In this document: positions 21,588 through 32,300 of the stretch, piece by piece
Layout: each line of letters starts with the position of its first letter
Numbering within the stretch: position 1 is the stretch's first letter
Source: an uncultured Candidatus Poseidoniales archaeon
Lineage (GTDB): Archaea > Thermoplasmatota > Poseidoniia > Poseidoniales > Thalassarchaeaceae
NCBI GenBank assembly: GCA_964576865.1
Contig: CAZNVK010000003.1
Coordinates: 25,245 to 89,244, forward strand
Direction: 5' to 3'
DNA: 64,000 bases
Made by a program: the position numbers and the translations under genes
Notes under the pieces: generated by a model
What the model was told of the DNA's origin: nothing
What the model saw: the letters and a program-made list of their open reading frames with translations, nothing else
Database searches by the model: none

Positions 21588-22904
21588 TCAATCGAATAGA
21601 TGATTCTCGACGAGCCGTGCTACATTCTTCTGGTGACCCGGGAGAGTCATGACATAGACCGCCGCTTGGCTGACCTGCCTCTTGCGCAAGGCTTCTGCTA
21701 TGGGAGTGTGGTCTCGGAACCAGCGGGTTCTGCCGTCGTCGCCGACGATGCGGATGTCGACTGCGGCCATGCGCGGTTCGGAAAGGAGGAGTTTGACGCT
21801 TGGTACATCGACGGCGACGTAGCCCGGTGGTAACCCCGCTCGGTGCGCTAGGTCGTCCTCGACCTGGCGGCGCTTTTCGGAATCGGTGGCGATTTCGACG
21901 AGCCGCTGGATTTGGTCGGGTGTCAATTCCTCTTGGCGCCGGCTCGACGCAACTTTGAGCATTTGGCGATATTTGAGCCGGCGCATCATATCGCGAGCGT
22001 AATCGCCGGCTTCGTAGAGGGCTTGCCAGATCTCGGCATCCACGCGGCGCTGCATGTCCGTAGGCTCTGGCAATTGGTCGGCACTTCGCTCGACAGCGCG
22101 GCTGAGCATGACCTCAGTGACGCGAGTGACACGATGGAAGTAGACCGCGCTGTACATCAGGCCGCGCGCCATCAACATGCCTTCGAGCGCGGCCAGACCA
22201 CCCTCCTCAACCGCTACATCGCCGCCATGGCGACGCAGGCAGCTGATCAGCCGGCGATGATCGACGATTCCATGCTTGACACCAGTGAAATGGGAATCGC
22301 GCAGAAGATAGTCCAACTGATCGCAATCGACCGGACCGTGAACCAGATTCCCCAGCGTCCGGTCATCAGAAACCAAATCCTCCTTCCCATCCGTCCACGA
22401 AAGCAGAGTCCGCTCAGTTCCGCGAGCGTCCGGCCCGCGAATCAGAGCGGCGACATCCTCTGGCTCGATCTCATGCGCCTCGAGGATGTCTGGAATTCGT
22501 CGTCGCTCGGGCACAGACGATTCCTCACCCTCGCGCAATACATCGTAATCCCCGAGGATTATCCCCTCGGTAATCGACATGTGGTCCAGCCCACCCCGCT
22601 CGTGTAGAATGTGCTCAAGTGTGTGCGAGTAAGGACCGTGCCCAACGTCATGTAGCATTCCAGCGACCTGAACCAGAGTCTTCTCCGACTCATCCAGTCC
22701 AATCGTGTCCGCCATCATTCCACCGACATGCGAGACCCCCAGAGAATGTTCGAAACGGGTGTGGTGGGCGCCGGGGAAGACGAGGTGAGCCAGACCCAGT
22801 TGCTTGATGTGACTGAGTTTGTTCATCTCAGGCGTATCGAGCAATTCTGCGCGAACCGCCTCGAGCTGGAATTGCCCATGAATAGCGTCGTTGATGACCT
22901 TCAT
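21588..22904 (-). CDS. HD-domain phosphohydrolase (SAMHD1/dNTPase-like)
   Basis: DAIHG, QLG, HTRFEHSLG, LHDVGHGPYSH, DCDQLDYLLRDS, MYSAVYFH. Confidence 0.93.
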   Translation of the reverse strand: MKVINDAIHGQFQLEAVRAELLDTPEMNKLSHIKQLGLAHLVFPGAHHTRFEHSLGVSHVGGMMADTIGLDESEKTLVQVAGMLHDVGHGPYSHTLEHILHERGGLDHMSITEGIILGDYDVLREGEESSVPERRRIPDILEAHEIEPEDVAALIRGPDARGTERTLLSWTDGKEDLVSDDRTLGNLVHGPVDCDQLDYLLRDSHFTGVKHGIVDHRRLISCLRRHGGDVAVEEGGLAALEGMLMARGLMYSAVYFHRVTRVTEVMLSRAVERSADQLPEPTDMQRRVDAEIWQALYEAGDYARDMMRRLKYRQMLKVASSRRQEELTPDQIQRLVEIATDSEKRRQVEDDLAHRAGLPPGYVAVDVPSVKLLLSEPRMAAVDIRIVGDDGRTRWFRDHTPIAEALRKRQVSQAAVYVMTLPGHQKNVARLVENHLFD

Positions 22905-23090
22905 GTCCGACCCTGCGCGATTCCGACTCGCTCATCCGCCTTCAACTGAACTACGCGGCGCAGGGTCGAGCGAATCTGAGAATTCGAGAATAAATTAGGA
23001 ATTTCTTGCCAGCAAATAATTCAATTGTCTTTCATTTGCAATACACTTATTACCCCCCCGCCTACTTGCGAACTCAGGAGGAAAGCCGGA

Positions 23091-23456
23091 ATGTCAGGTC
23101 ACAGCCCGATGGTATCGCTCAGGATACCCGAAGACCACTTGCTCGAACTTGAGCGCAGGGTCGGGTTCGATGGGATGCGAAACAGGTCCGATGTGATCCG
23201 AGAAGCCGTCAGGCGTTACTTGGCAACACCAGCAATTTCCTCCGGTACCCGTGTCGAGGTCGACCTCGGACCGGATCTGAGCGCTCGCCTGGAGGACTTC
23301 TGTCGCATCCATGGCGAGCTGCCAGATGTTGTTCTGAGGTACGCGGCGCGCGAGCACATCGCGCGCGCATCGGCTGACGACGCTACGGTCGATGCGGCGC
23401 TGCGCAAGCGGCTCGACGAGCTGCGAGCTCGCTTCGACGAATCGGCCGGACAATGA
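23091..23456 (+). CDS. Ribbon-helix-helix (CopG/NikR-type) DNA-binding protein with two RHH-like units
   Basis: MVSLRIPE..L.EL......NRSDVIREAVRRYL, second unit VEVDL...LEDFC...DVVLRYAAREH; AGGAGG SD upstream. Confidence 0.85.
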   Translation: MSGHSPMVSLRIPEDHLLELERRVGFDGMRNRSDVIREAVRRYLATPAISSGTRVEVDLGPDLSARLEDFCRIHGELPDVVLRYAAREHIARASADDATVDAALRKRLDELRARFDESAGQ

Positions 23457-23832
23457 GGTGAGAGACTTTGGGTGAGAATGGGATGCACTCTAACTCCGCG
23501 GGGGGGCGACCACGTCGCCCCTCCGCACCACACCACTCCAGGGCGGTATTGACCGTTGGATTCAGCGGGCTGCGACGCCGAGCGCGACTCTCGAACGCCG
23601 TCGGCTACAACTCAATTGAGGCACCTCGCCACAAGCGACCCGACCTCTCGGCGCGCGGTCGTCATCACGATCTCGAGAAGCGAGAGAATTGAGATTCATC
23701 ACACACACCGTCCCGCCCATCTCGGGCGGGACAACCCAATCGGACTCAGACTTGAGTCAAATGCAGGACACGAGCAAATCTGACTGACTGTGCAGGCTGA
23801 ACCTTGATGGGTGAGAAGCCGAATCAGGCGTC

Positions 23833-26745
23833 ATGGCGGTTGGCATCTCCGACCTCGCACGCTTCGAGAGGCTCACTCCGTTTCGCGTGCGTGACGTACT
23901 CCTCGTCGCAAGTCCATTCGACCATTATCTGCTTGAGGAATCAGGTCACCTCGCCGAGATCATGCGTCAAGAATACAAGGATCTCAACCTCTCCCAAGCC
24001 CCTCGAATGATTCACAGTCCACAGGCAAAAGATGCCCTGGAATTACTCCGAAGCCGTAGTTTCGACCTTGTCATCACCATGGCCAGGGTTGGTGCAATGG
24101 ATGCGTACGCCTTCGGCCGGGAAGCGAAACGCATCAAACCTGAGCTTCCCGTCGTCATGCTCAGTCACAATACACGAGAACTCGCGACCCTGCATGCTGG
24201 GGATGGCATCGACCGCATCTTCGTCTGGACCGGCGACAGTCGAATTCTCCTCTCAATCTGCAAGCTCATCGAAGACGAGCACAACGTCGCCAATGATGTC
24301 GAGAATGCGGATGTTCAGGTCATTCTGCTCGTCGAAGATAGTCGGCGATTCTACTCGGCCTACCTACCACTGCTCTACACCCAACTCGTCAATCAGACCA
24401 TGCGGCTGATGGGCGAGGGAGGAAATCTGCACGAGAGATTGCTTCGCCTGCGCGCACGAGCCAAGATTCTACTCGCTAGCGACTATCAGACCGCGCAGGA
24501 ATTATTCGACAAATATCATCACAATATCATCGGGGTCTTCACCGATGGAAAATTCCCCGACCCGATCGATGGAAGGGATACTGCAGGCCTCAAATTGGCG
24601 AGTTACGCGCGGGCGCGTCACTCGAATCTACCGATTCTATTCCAATCGAAAAACGCTGAACTGAAGGATGACGCGGAGGCACTTGGTGTGCGTTTCCTGC
24701 ACAAAGAGGACTCACAATTGTACGCGCGGATAGCTGAATTCATGCTTGAGGAAATGAGCTTCGGTGACTTCGTTTTCAAGCTGCCCGACGGAAGTGAAGT
24801 TGCACGGGCTTCGACGTTGCGCGAGTTGGCTGAGAGGCTGAAGGAGGCGCCCATTGAATCGGTCGAATATCACGCCCAACGCAACCATTTCTCACACTGG
24901 CTACGCACTCGCACAGAGTTCACACTGGCTGCTTCGCTACGTCCTATGACGCTAGCTGATTTCGAGACAACCGAGGAGATTCGCCGATTCATTCTCGTGA
25001 CGATAGAGGCGCATATTGCACAGATTCACAGCAGGACGATTCGAGACCACGACGCTGAGAGCTTGGAAATTGGATTCCATCGGATTGGACGAGGTAGTCT
25101 TGGTGGCAAAGGTCGTGGTCTCGCCTTTTTCTTCACTCGGATGCCTGATTTGGGACTCGAGGACAGATTTCCCGAGGTCGAATTCATCGTTCCTAGATCC
25201 GTCGTGCTTTCGACCGATGTTTTTGAGGAGTTTGTCGAGGCGAATGGATTGGCGAGGTTCGCTCACGAGGAACACGATGACTCCGAGGTTGATGCAGCAT
25301 TCTTGGCTGGGGAATTGGGAGGTTCGATTCGCGATGAGTTGACCGCGATGGTTTCGCAACTGAGGCGGCCGTTGGCGATTCGCTCGTCTAGCTTGCTCGA
25401 GGATGCGAGTCACCAGCCTTTTGCCGGTGTTTATGCTACTCATATGCTTGCTAATGACCACGGAGAGGTCGCGGTTCGGTTGGCTAGGTTGGAGGAGGCT
25501 ATCAAACTGGTTTACGCTTCGACCTATCATAAGAGCGCCAAGGCCTATGTTTCTGCTACGCCATCCAATATCGAGGATGAGCGGATGGCGGTTGTGATTC
25601 AGGAATTGGTTGGGCGCGAGGTGAATGGTCGCTATTATCCGCATATCTCTGGGGCGGCGCGGTCTCGTAATCACTACCCTGTGGCGCCGCTGCGGGCTGA
25701 GGATGGAATCGCCGCTGTGTGCATCGGTTTGGGGCGGCAGGTGGCTTCGGGCGAGAAGTGTTTGAGGTTCAGCCCGGGGCAGCCGAAGCGGATTCATCAA
25801 TTCCACAGCACCGCTTCGATGCTCGATACTTCCCAGACCAGTTTCTGGGCGATACCGATGGGTGAATCAGAGAATCCTGTTTCGCCGGATGAAGCCGAGA
25901 ATCTGGTAAATCTGGGTTTGTGGGAGGCAGAGACGGATGGGAGACTGGGTTTGGTCGGCTCGACCTACGTCACGGCCGACGATAGAGTGGTGGATTCGGT
26001 GAAGGTGGGTGGAGGGCCGCGAGTTGTGACATTCGCTCCTGTCCTCAAGCACAATCGCGTCCGGTTGGCAGGTATCCTCCATCATGTGTTGACGCGATGT
26101 GAAGCCTACCTGAATTCACCGATCGAGATTGAATTCGCCTTCATCACAGATGATGAGACGGGGCAGCAGATCTTCGCACTGCTTCAGGTGCGACCGATGC
26201 TCGAAGAGTCGGTCGACATCGATATCGACATGAGCGAGGTCGACCGCAGCCGAGCGATTTGCATGTCGAGCCGTTCGCTCGGCAATGGTGTTGTAGATGA
26301 TATCCAAGATGTGGTCTACATCCACCCCGAACGCCTCGACCGCATGCGGACGAGCAATCTCACCGACCACATCGAAGCGATCGATGCTCAACTCAGGGCC
26401 GAGGGGAGGCCGTACCTGCTGATTGGCCCCGGAAGATGGGGCTCGTCCGACTCTTCTCTTGGAATACCAGTTTCATGGGACCAGATCAGAGGGGCGAAGG
26501 CGATCGTGGAAGTGCCGATGTCAGATATTCATGTAGAACCCAGTCAGGGGACTCATTTCTTCCAGAATATAGTCACCTTCCACATTGGTTATCTGACCAT
26601 AACTGCCGATGATATGCTAGATTTCGATTGGTTGGATAGGATTGAGCCGGAGGCCGAAATCGGGCCGCTTCGCCACATCGGCCTCGAGAAGCCGCTGAAA
26701 GTCGTCCTCGATAGTCGCGACTCCGAAGCTATCATCCTACGATAA
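23833..26745 (+). CDS. Receiver-domain / PEP-synthase nucleotide-binding (PPDK_N) hybrid with divergent His-swivel C-terminus
   Basis: Two REC-like domains (second: ILLVED...VFTD...FQS...HK), DUF5752-like segment, GGKG/IRSS..ED/FAG/LLQVRP ATP-grasp motifs, C-terminal AKAIVE...SQGTHFF. Confidence 0.88.
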   Translation: MAVGISDLARFERLTPFRVRDVLLVASPFDHYLLEESGHLAEIMRQEYKDLNLSQAPRMIHSPQAKDALELLRSRSFDLVITMARVGAMDAYAFGREAKRIKPELPVVMLSHNTRELATLHAGDGIDRIFVWTGDSRILLSICKLIEDEHNVANDVENADVQVILLVEDSRRFYSAYLPLLYTQLVNQTMRLMGEGGNLHERLLRLRARAKILLASDYQTAQELFDKYHHNIIGVFTDGKFPDPIDGRDTAGLKLASYARARHSNLPILFQSKNAELKDDAEALGVRFLHKEDSQLYARIAEFMLEEMSFGDFVFKLPDGSEVARASTLRELAERLKEAPIESVEYHAQRNHFSHWLRTRTEFTLAASLRPMTLADFETTEEIRRFILVTIEAHIAQIHSRTIRDHDAESLEIGFHRIGRGSLGGKGRGLAFFFTRMPDLGLEDRFPEVEFIVPRSVVLSTDVFEEFVEANGLARFAHEEHDDSEVDAAFLAGELGGSIRDELTAMVSQLRRPLAIRSSSLLEDASHQPFAGVYATHMLANDHGEVAVRLARLEEAIKLVYASTYHKSAKAYVSATPSNIEDERMAVVIQELVGREVNGRYYPHISGAARSRNHYPVAPLRAEDGIAAVCIGLGRQVASGEKCLRFSPGQPKRIHQFHSTASMLDTSQTSFWAIPMGESENPVSPDEAENLVNLGLWEAETDGRLGLVGSTYVTADDRVVDSVKVGGGPRVVTFAPVLKHNRVRLAGILHHVLTRCEAYLNSPIEIEFAFITDDETGQQIFALLQVRPMLEESVDIDIDMSEVDRSRAICMSSRSLGNGVVDDIQDVVYIHPERLDRMRTSNLTDHIEAIDAQLRAEGRPYLLIGPGRWGSSDSSLGIPVSWDQIRGAKAIVEVPMSDIHVEPSQGTHFFQNIVTFHIGYLTITADDMLDFDWLDRIEPEAEIGPLRHIGLEKPLKVVLDSRDSEAIILR

Positions 26746-26838
26746 GCACCGAGTGGTGTCGGGTGGGGTTGACTAATTCTACCTCGGACTGGCAGGAGGG
26801 CCAATCTTCTTGGGCGGTCTAGCGGCAGGAGGGAATCC

Positions 26839-28854
26839 ATGAGCGACGTGACTGTCGAATCTCCGCTGAGATACTTCGCTCACGACGAGGTTCGCGACTC
26901 CCAAGTGGAGATGGTCGAGGATGGTCTCACCGCCCTGATGTCTGAGGGATTCCTGATGGCTTCAGCGCCGACTGGAATCGGTAAAACCGCGGCGGCGCTG
27001 GCGAGTGCGGTAGCCGCACAGAGGGCTTCTGCCGGCAATCTTCGGATTCTCTTCCTCACGGGGCGGCAATCCCAACATAGGATCGTTGTTGACACAGTCA
27101 AACGGATCAATCAGAGGATGAACGGTGGAGAACCTCTGTTGAGATTGGTTGACCTCATCGGCCGAGAGGGAATGTGCGAGAACGTCGACCGAATGAGTGG
27201 GCGCTGCGATTGCGAGGAGCAACTCGATGGATCGATGCGGGATGAGTTGCGCGCAGATGTCCGCTCACAGATGTGGCGCTCGCCCATGCATGTGGATGAC
27301 TTGATCCGAACCTGCCGTCGCACGCATCTTTGTCCATGGGCGATGGCACGCGAGGCAGCGAAGAGCACGGACATCCTCGTTTGTGACTACAATCACGTCT
27401 TCGTCGAAGGGGTGCGCGAGGCTTCCCTTCCGGCGATGGGAATCGAATTGGAGGATACCATCCTAATCATCGACGAAGCCCACAATCTACCGGATAGAAT
27501 CCGCAATGGCATGGAGCGTCGCATCATCTCCAAATCATTCCGGAATGCGAAAGCCGAGGTTCAGGAACACATCGGAAACGCTAGGAAGCGTGCTGCAGAG
27601 AAGGGGGAGGAACCCGACCTCGATGAAATGGAATGGGCGGAGAGGTCGCTCAAAAAACTACAAACAGAGATGCCGAGGTGGTTCTCGGCGCGAGAGAAGG
27701 AACTCTCGCGCTCGAAGGAAGATGATATGCGGGTGGAGACTACAGAATTACTCTCCGAGATGGACGCGATCATCTCAGAATCCCTCGACGAAGCACCGAG
27801 TGGAAAGTATGCCAATTTGAAACGTCTCGTGGCTCAATTGTACTCTGTGCGAGTCGACCTCGACGAGGAGGACGAGGACGAGAAGGAGACGAGCAGTGAG
27901 AGGTTAGGAGCCTTCATCTCGACCTGCGGACAGTACGAGATTTCTCCCGCACTCGTTCTCGTATTCGACAAATTGACCGATGACGACCCGCGCGTTCGCT
28001 CATTTCTATTGGATCCAGGAGTTGTCTCAGGAGCCCTCTTCCAAGCCTCGCGCGGGTCTCTGTTGATGTCTGGAACACTATTCCCGCCGGAGATGTACCG
28101 AGACCTGCTCCGTCTGCCCCAGGAACGTGGAGTCATTGCAAAGGAGTACGATTCACCCTTCCTAGGAGAACGCAGGCCAGTTCTCATCGCACAGAATACG
28201 ACTTCGCGCTACACCGAACGGGGCGAGACCAATACCAACAATATACGAGACCACATTATCCAAGTGGTCCGAAACACCCCTGGCCACGTAGCCTTATTCG
28301 CCCAGAGTTATGCCATGCTGGACACTGTACTGGACGATTATCGATGGATTCCTTGGGGGGTTCGAGTCGAGAAAGAACGCCCTCGCATGTCTAAGCGTCA
28401 AGTCGGAGATTTGGTCGAGAATCTGTATCGGAAGCGCCGCACCGGAGACCGAGTTCTGCTGTGCGGCGTGCTATCGGGCAAGCTCGCTGAAGGCGTCGAT
28501 TATCCAGAGAATATCCTCGACGCCGTCGTCTGCATCGGCTTGCCCGTACCCCCTCCCAGCGCTCGCCAGAAAGCCCTGACTGAATACTGCGAAGACCGCT
28601 TCGGCGCTCACGCTGCTCGTCGCTACTCAAGCCACCAACCAGCCGTCAATAGCGTGTTGCAGGCGATCGGGCGACCCATTCGCAAAGCCGAGGACAGAGC
28701 ATTGGTCGTCATCTTGGAGAAGAGGGTCAGAGAGAGACCGTACAAGTTCTGTCTTCCTTCAAGCCTACAGGTGATGAAATCTCAAGATTCCAAGCGCACA
28801 GCCCGGGTTGCTCAGCGGTTCTTTGAGAGGTTTCCCGACCCTGCGATCGAGTGA
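26839..28854 (+). CDS. xpd: XPD/Rad3-family ATP-dependent DNA helicase
   Basis: APTGIGKT, Fe-S Cys region, DYNHVF, DEAHN, MSGTL, AEGVDY, QAIGR.IR. Confidence 0.92.
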   Translation: MSDVTVESPLRYFAHDEVRDSQVEMVEDGLTALMSEGFLMASAPTGIGKTAAALASAVAAQRASAGNLRILFLTGRQSQHRIVVDTVKRINQRMNGGEPLLRLVDLIGREGMCENVDRMSGRCDCEEQLDGSMRDELRADVRSQMWRSPMHVDDLIRTCRRTHLCPWAMAREAAKSTDILVCDYNHVFVEGVREASLPAMGIELEDTILIIDEAHNLPDRIRNGMERRIISKSFRNAKAEVQEHIGNARKRAAEKGEEPDLDEMEWAERSLKKLQTEMPRWFSAREKELSRSKEDDMRVETTELLSEMDAIISESLDEAPSGKYANLKRLVAQLYSVRVDLDEEDEDEKETSSERLGAFISTCGQYEISPALVLVFDKLTDDDPRVRSFLLDPGVVSGALFQASRGSLLMSGTLFPPEMYRDLLRLPQERGVIAKEYDSPFLGERRPVLIAQNTTSRYTERGETNTNNIRDHIIQVVRNTPGHVALFAQSYAMLDTVLDDYRWIPWGVRVEKERPRMSKRQVGDLVENLYRKRRTGDRVLLCGVLSGKLAEGVDYPENILDAVVCIGLPVPPPSARQKALTEYCEDRFGAHAARRYSSHQPAVNSVLQAIGRPIRKAEDRALVVILEKRVRERPYKFCLPSSLQVMKSQDSKRTARVAQRFFERFPDPAIE

Positions 28855-28905
28855 GGAAGAGTCGTTGCATTCATGCGAGACGGATGTCTGCGAGGGGTGA
28901 GCGAG

Positions 28906-29364
28906 ATGTGGCAGGACATCGTGATTGAGGGTGCTGGAATCATTGGGGGCGCTGAATCTGAGGCTGAAATGGGCCTAGATTTGACCGCCGAGTCGATGCA
29001 CGGGAGATTTCTAGCTGAGATGGAACATCTCGACGCTGTTCGACTCTCTCACGAGAGAGTCGTGGCCGAGGCTTCAGGAGGCGTCAATGCCTCTCTTGCC
29101 TCGGCACGGGGTTTTGATTCGCCGAGCCTGGCTTTCGATCAATTGGATGGCTCGGCGGTTGAAACCGGATTCGACCTCGATCTGAACATCGACGCACTGA
29201 CCGACCTATCGGTAAGCACCATCGTTTCAGATGAGAATCGAAAGGTACGGATCATCGCTCCCGAAAGGTTCGGCGGCTTGATTCACACACTGTCATTGCC
29301 GCCTTCACTCGATGTCGAATCCGCGACATTGAATGATGGAAGGCTGAGCCTGAGATTCCGTTGA
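28906..29364 (+). CDS. Hypothetical protein with C-terminal Hsp20/alpha-crystallin-like signature
   Basis: LSLPPSLDVESATLNDGRLSLRF resembles the LP..V...A...NGVL motif; GGGGTGA SD before ATG 28906. Confidence 0.55.
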   Translation: MWQDIVIEGAGIIGGAESEAEMGLDLTAESMHGRFLAEMEHLDAVRLSHERVVAEASGGVNASLASARGFDSPSLAFDQLDGSAVETGFDLDLNIDALTDLSVSTIVSDENRKVRIIAPERFGGLIHTLSLPPSLDVESATLNDGRLSLRFR

Positions 29365-29391
29365 ATCGCTTGTCAGCGAACCTGTAAAGGA

Positions 29392-32300
29392 TCACGCCGC
29401 TGCTTCGGTCAATTCGTAAGCATCACGCTCGGGGACTTCCTGCAGATCATCGATTTCCTGCAAGACCATCGAGAGAGCGTGCTGCGCGTTCTGTCGGTGT
29501 CCATCACCGAGTCGGTGCGAGGAATATCTCGCTTCTTCGAAGATTCGATCCAAGGCGACGAGAGCCTGTTCGCTGATCGGTAGAGCCTTGCGAATCGCCA
29601 TCTCGAATTCACGCACCGTCTCGAAGTCACGGCGAAGGAATCCGTGTCGCATCAAGATGTTACATAGGCTCTCGTAACAATTGAAGATGGCTTCACGGAT
29701 TTCATCTCCCGCCGCCAGCAATTCAGCTGTGTAACTGAAGATACCCGCCATCTCATCGAGCGCTGCCTGACGGCGGCGGCGCAGCGAAATCGCCAATCCT
29801 GCAGCCGTCCCCAGAATCAGCAGAATTCCAATCAGGGCGACGATCTGCCAGAATGTGAAAGGAGGAGCCGGATCCTCGTAGGTCATCTGTATTCCTCCGT
29901 GTTCGTTGGCAAGCCAGAATCTGTCTGCTGGAGCGATCAACTGAGAATCGGTCTGGAAAATAAGGGTGAGATCACCCCAGCGTGATTTGTCGTGGAATGG
30001 AGGCTGATTCTCGATTTCGAAGCGGTAATCCATCACTCCATCTGAGTCGGTCAATTTGACATTCTGGAAGTGAATCATGGTGGTGTTCACCAATCTGGCA
30101 ACGATTGAGATTCCTTCAACCGGCAATCCGGTATCTTGGGCTGTAATCGTCACATTACCCTTGATGACGCGTTGGTTCTCCTTGATATGGTGGGTATCAG
30201 GGTTGAACGTGAAGGTGACAGGAACTCGAATGTTTACGATGTGTTCAATCGAGGCTGAATTGAGATAGCGGTCCGCATCTGAAAGTGCTGTTAATTGCAA
30301 AGAGAGATCTCCTGCAGGCATCGTTGAACGTGCTGGCGACCTGAGATCGAAATGTCCTGTGGATTCGTCCCAAGTCACGGTCGAACGCTCCGCAACGCCA
30401 TCCCAGAGCAGAACGACTTCCATCTCTTCAATGACATCTCCTTCGCCTCCGACTTCGACGATTCTTCCGACCAACTCGATGTCGTAGGCGTCATTCGAGC
30501 GGATGATGATATCTGTCTGCCAGAGCAGTTCGATCACCACATCCGCTCGCGCAAAGACGGTCATGTTGTATTCGACGGGGAGATAGAATGTCTGTCCCTC
30601 AAAGGTGAATCTGATGTCGTGACCGCCCCGGGCGATAAGATAACCAATGGCGTGGTCAAATTTGAAATTGCCATCATAGCCAGTGGTGGTTCTGTGAATC
30701 TCCTCACCATTCAGTGTGACGATGATCTCACGCCCGACCAAACCAGGGGCGCCGGCAGAGTCTGCGTCGAATAGGCGCCCAGTGAAATTCCACTTCTCAC
30801 CTCGCGTCACCGAGACATCATCCACTTGCAGGTTCATACCCGTGTGGTAGGCAATGGTCAGGTTTGCATCGACGCTTCCTGGTCGGTGATATCCTTGGGC
30901 AGGAGCCGAGATGGTCAAAGTGTGGAATCCAACATCGAGGAAGTCCGAGATGACCCAATTGTATGACCAATCACCATTCTCGTCTGTGGAGGTTATTCCA
31001 ATCAACGTTCCATCGATGAATATCTCGATCGAGTGATTGGCCAGCCAGCCATCGGGCAGGTTATCGCGCACGGTCCCTGTCAGGCGCAGAGTATCTCCTA
31101 CCGCGTGGGCTGCAGGTGGGTCCACGTGCACGATGGCTGGTCCGAAGACGGTGAAGACGGTGGTGGAGTTCGACGCGAGGATGAATTCCTCGCCTGCGAA
31201 GGTGATCTTCACCAGGCGAGGACCGAGCGGCATGTCTGGAGGAATCGGGACGTAGATGCTGAATGTCCCATTGCTGGCAACTGTGAGGCCAGTAAGGAAT
31301 TGATCATTCATTGTCACTCTGAGATATCGATTGCCGAGAGCTCGACCTGCACCATCGGTCAGCATTCCCTCGATGAGTAGTAATTCGTTGCGGTCGACCT
31401 CTCCAGGAGGTGTAGTGAGCACGACTTGAGAAGTCTGGGTGACGTTGAACATCTCAGTCGTGCTCGATGGCAGATAATATTCAGGATTCAGGGAGTCTCC
31501 TTGACCCATTGGGTCTACCCAGGTGAATCCGCCGAGGAATCTAGCGGTGACCAGATGGGCTCCGTAATCCGTGTCGAGAGGCAGATTGTAGGTGACCGAC
31601 CACGCGCCGCTGGATGCGTTGGAGCGAGTGGTGTAAGCGCTGCCGACATCGACTCCGTCAATCCATATGTGGATGATTCCGCCTGATAGCAATCCGCCGT
31701 TCGTCAGCGCTTGCCCATGTTCATCGAGAAGGGTTCCACTGAATGTGATGCTCTCACCGGCGATCATCGAACCGCTCATCTCAGTAATTTCAAGAATTGA
31801 CGGAGCGAGAACGATGACTCTCGTCCAGGTTGAGTCGCCGTTGAGTCCTGTAGTGCCGTTGATGCCAGCGAATTCGGCGGTGATCAACATCGGTCCTTGT
31901 TCTCGGGTGGAGTCGACGGGGATGACCAAGGTCGCGCGCCCGTCGACATCTGTCGGAATCGTCTGAATGACATTACCATCGACTAGGATGTCAACCTCCT
32001 CGTTTCCAACCAATTGGCCGGCATTATCGATGAGAGAGATGTTGATGCTCACATCGTTGCCTCTCACGACCCTCCGATCGGGGTCTAGATCCGCCGGGTC
32101 GACAATGGTAATCAGTGAATATCCACGGCTATCGAATGAACCGGTGCCGCTGCTCGAACTGTAGTAATTCACCGATGGGGTGTAGGTAGCGGTTATGCTG
32201 TGGGTGCCTCTTGGGAAGGAGAGCCCGAGGGTAATCACAGCATTCCAGGTTCCATTCGGATTGACCGCTCCACCTGAGATTTGGAAGCCGCTGTCGTCAC

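Noticed and set aside
21588-22904. HD dNTPase as an antiviral defence gene
   Set aside because: Looks like the widespread archaeal housekeeping HD family; no defence-island neighbours
23460-23760. RNase P or SRP RNA
   Set aside because: Neither the GAGGAAAGTCC/P4 nor the SRP helix-8 signature was found on either strand
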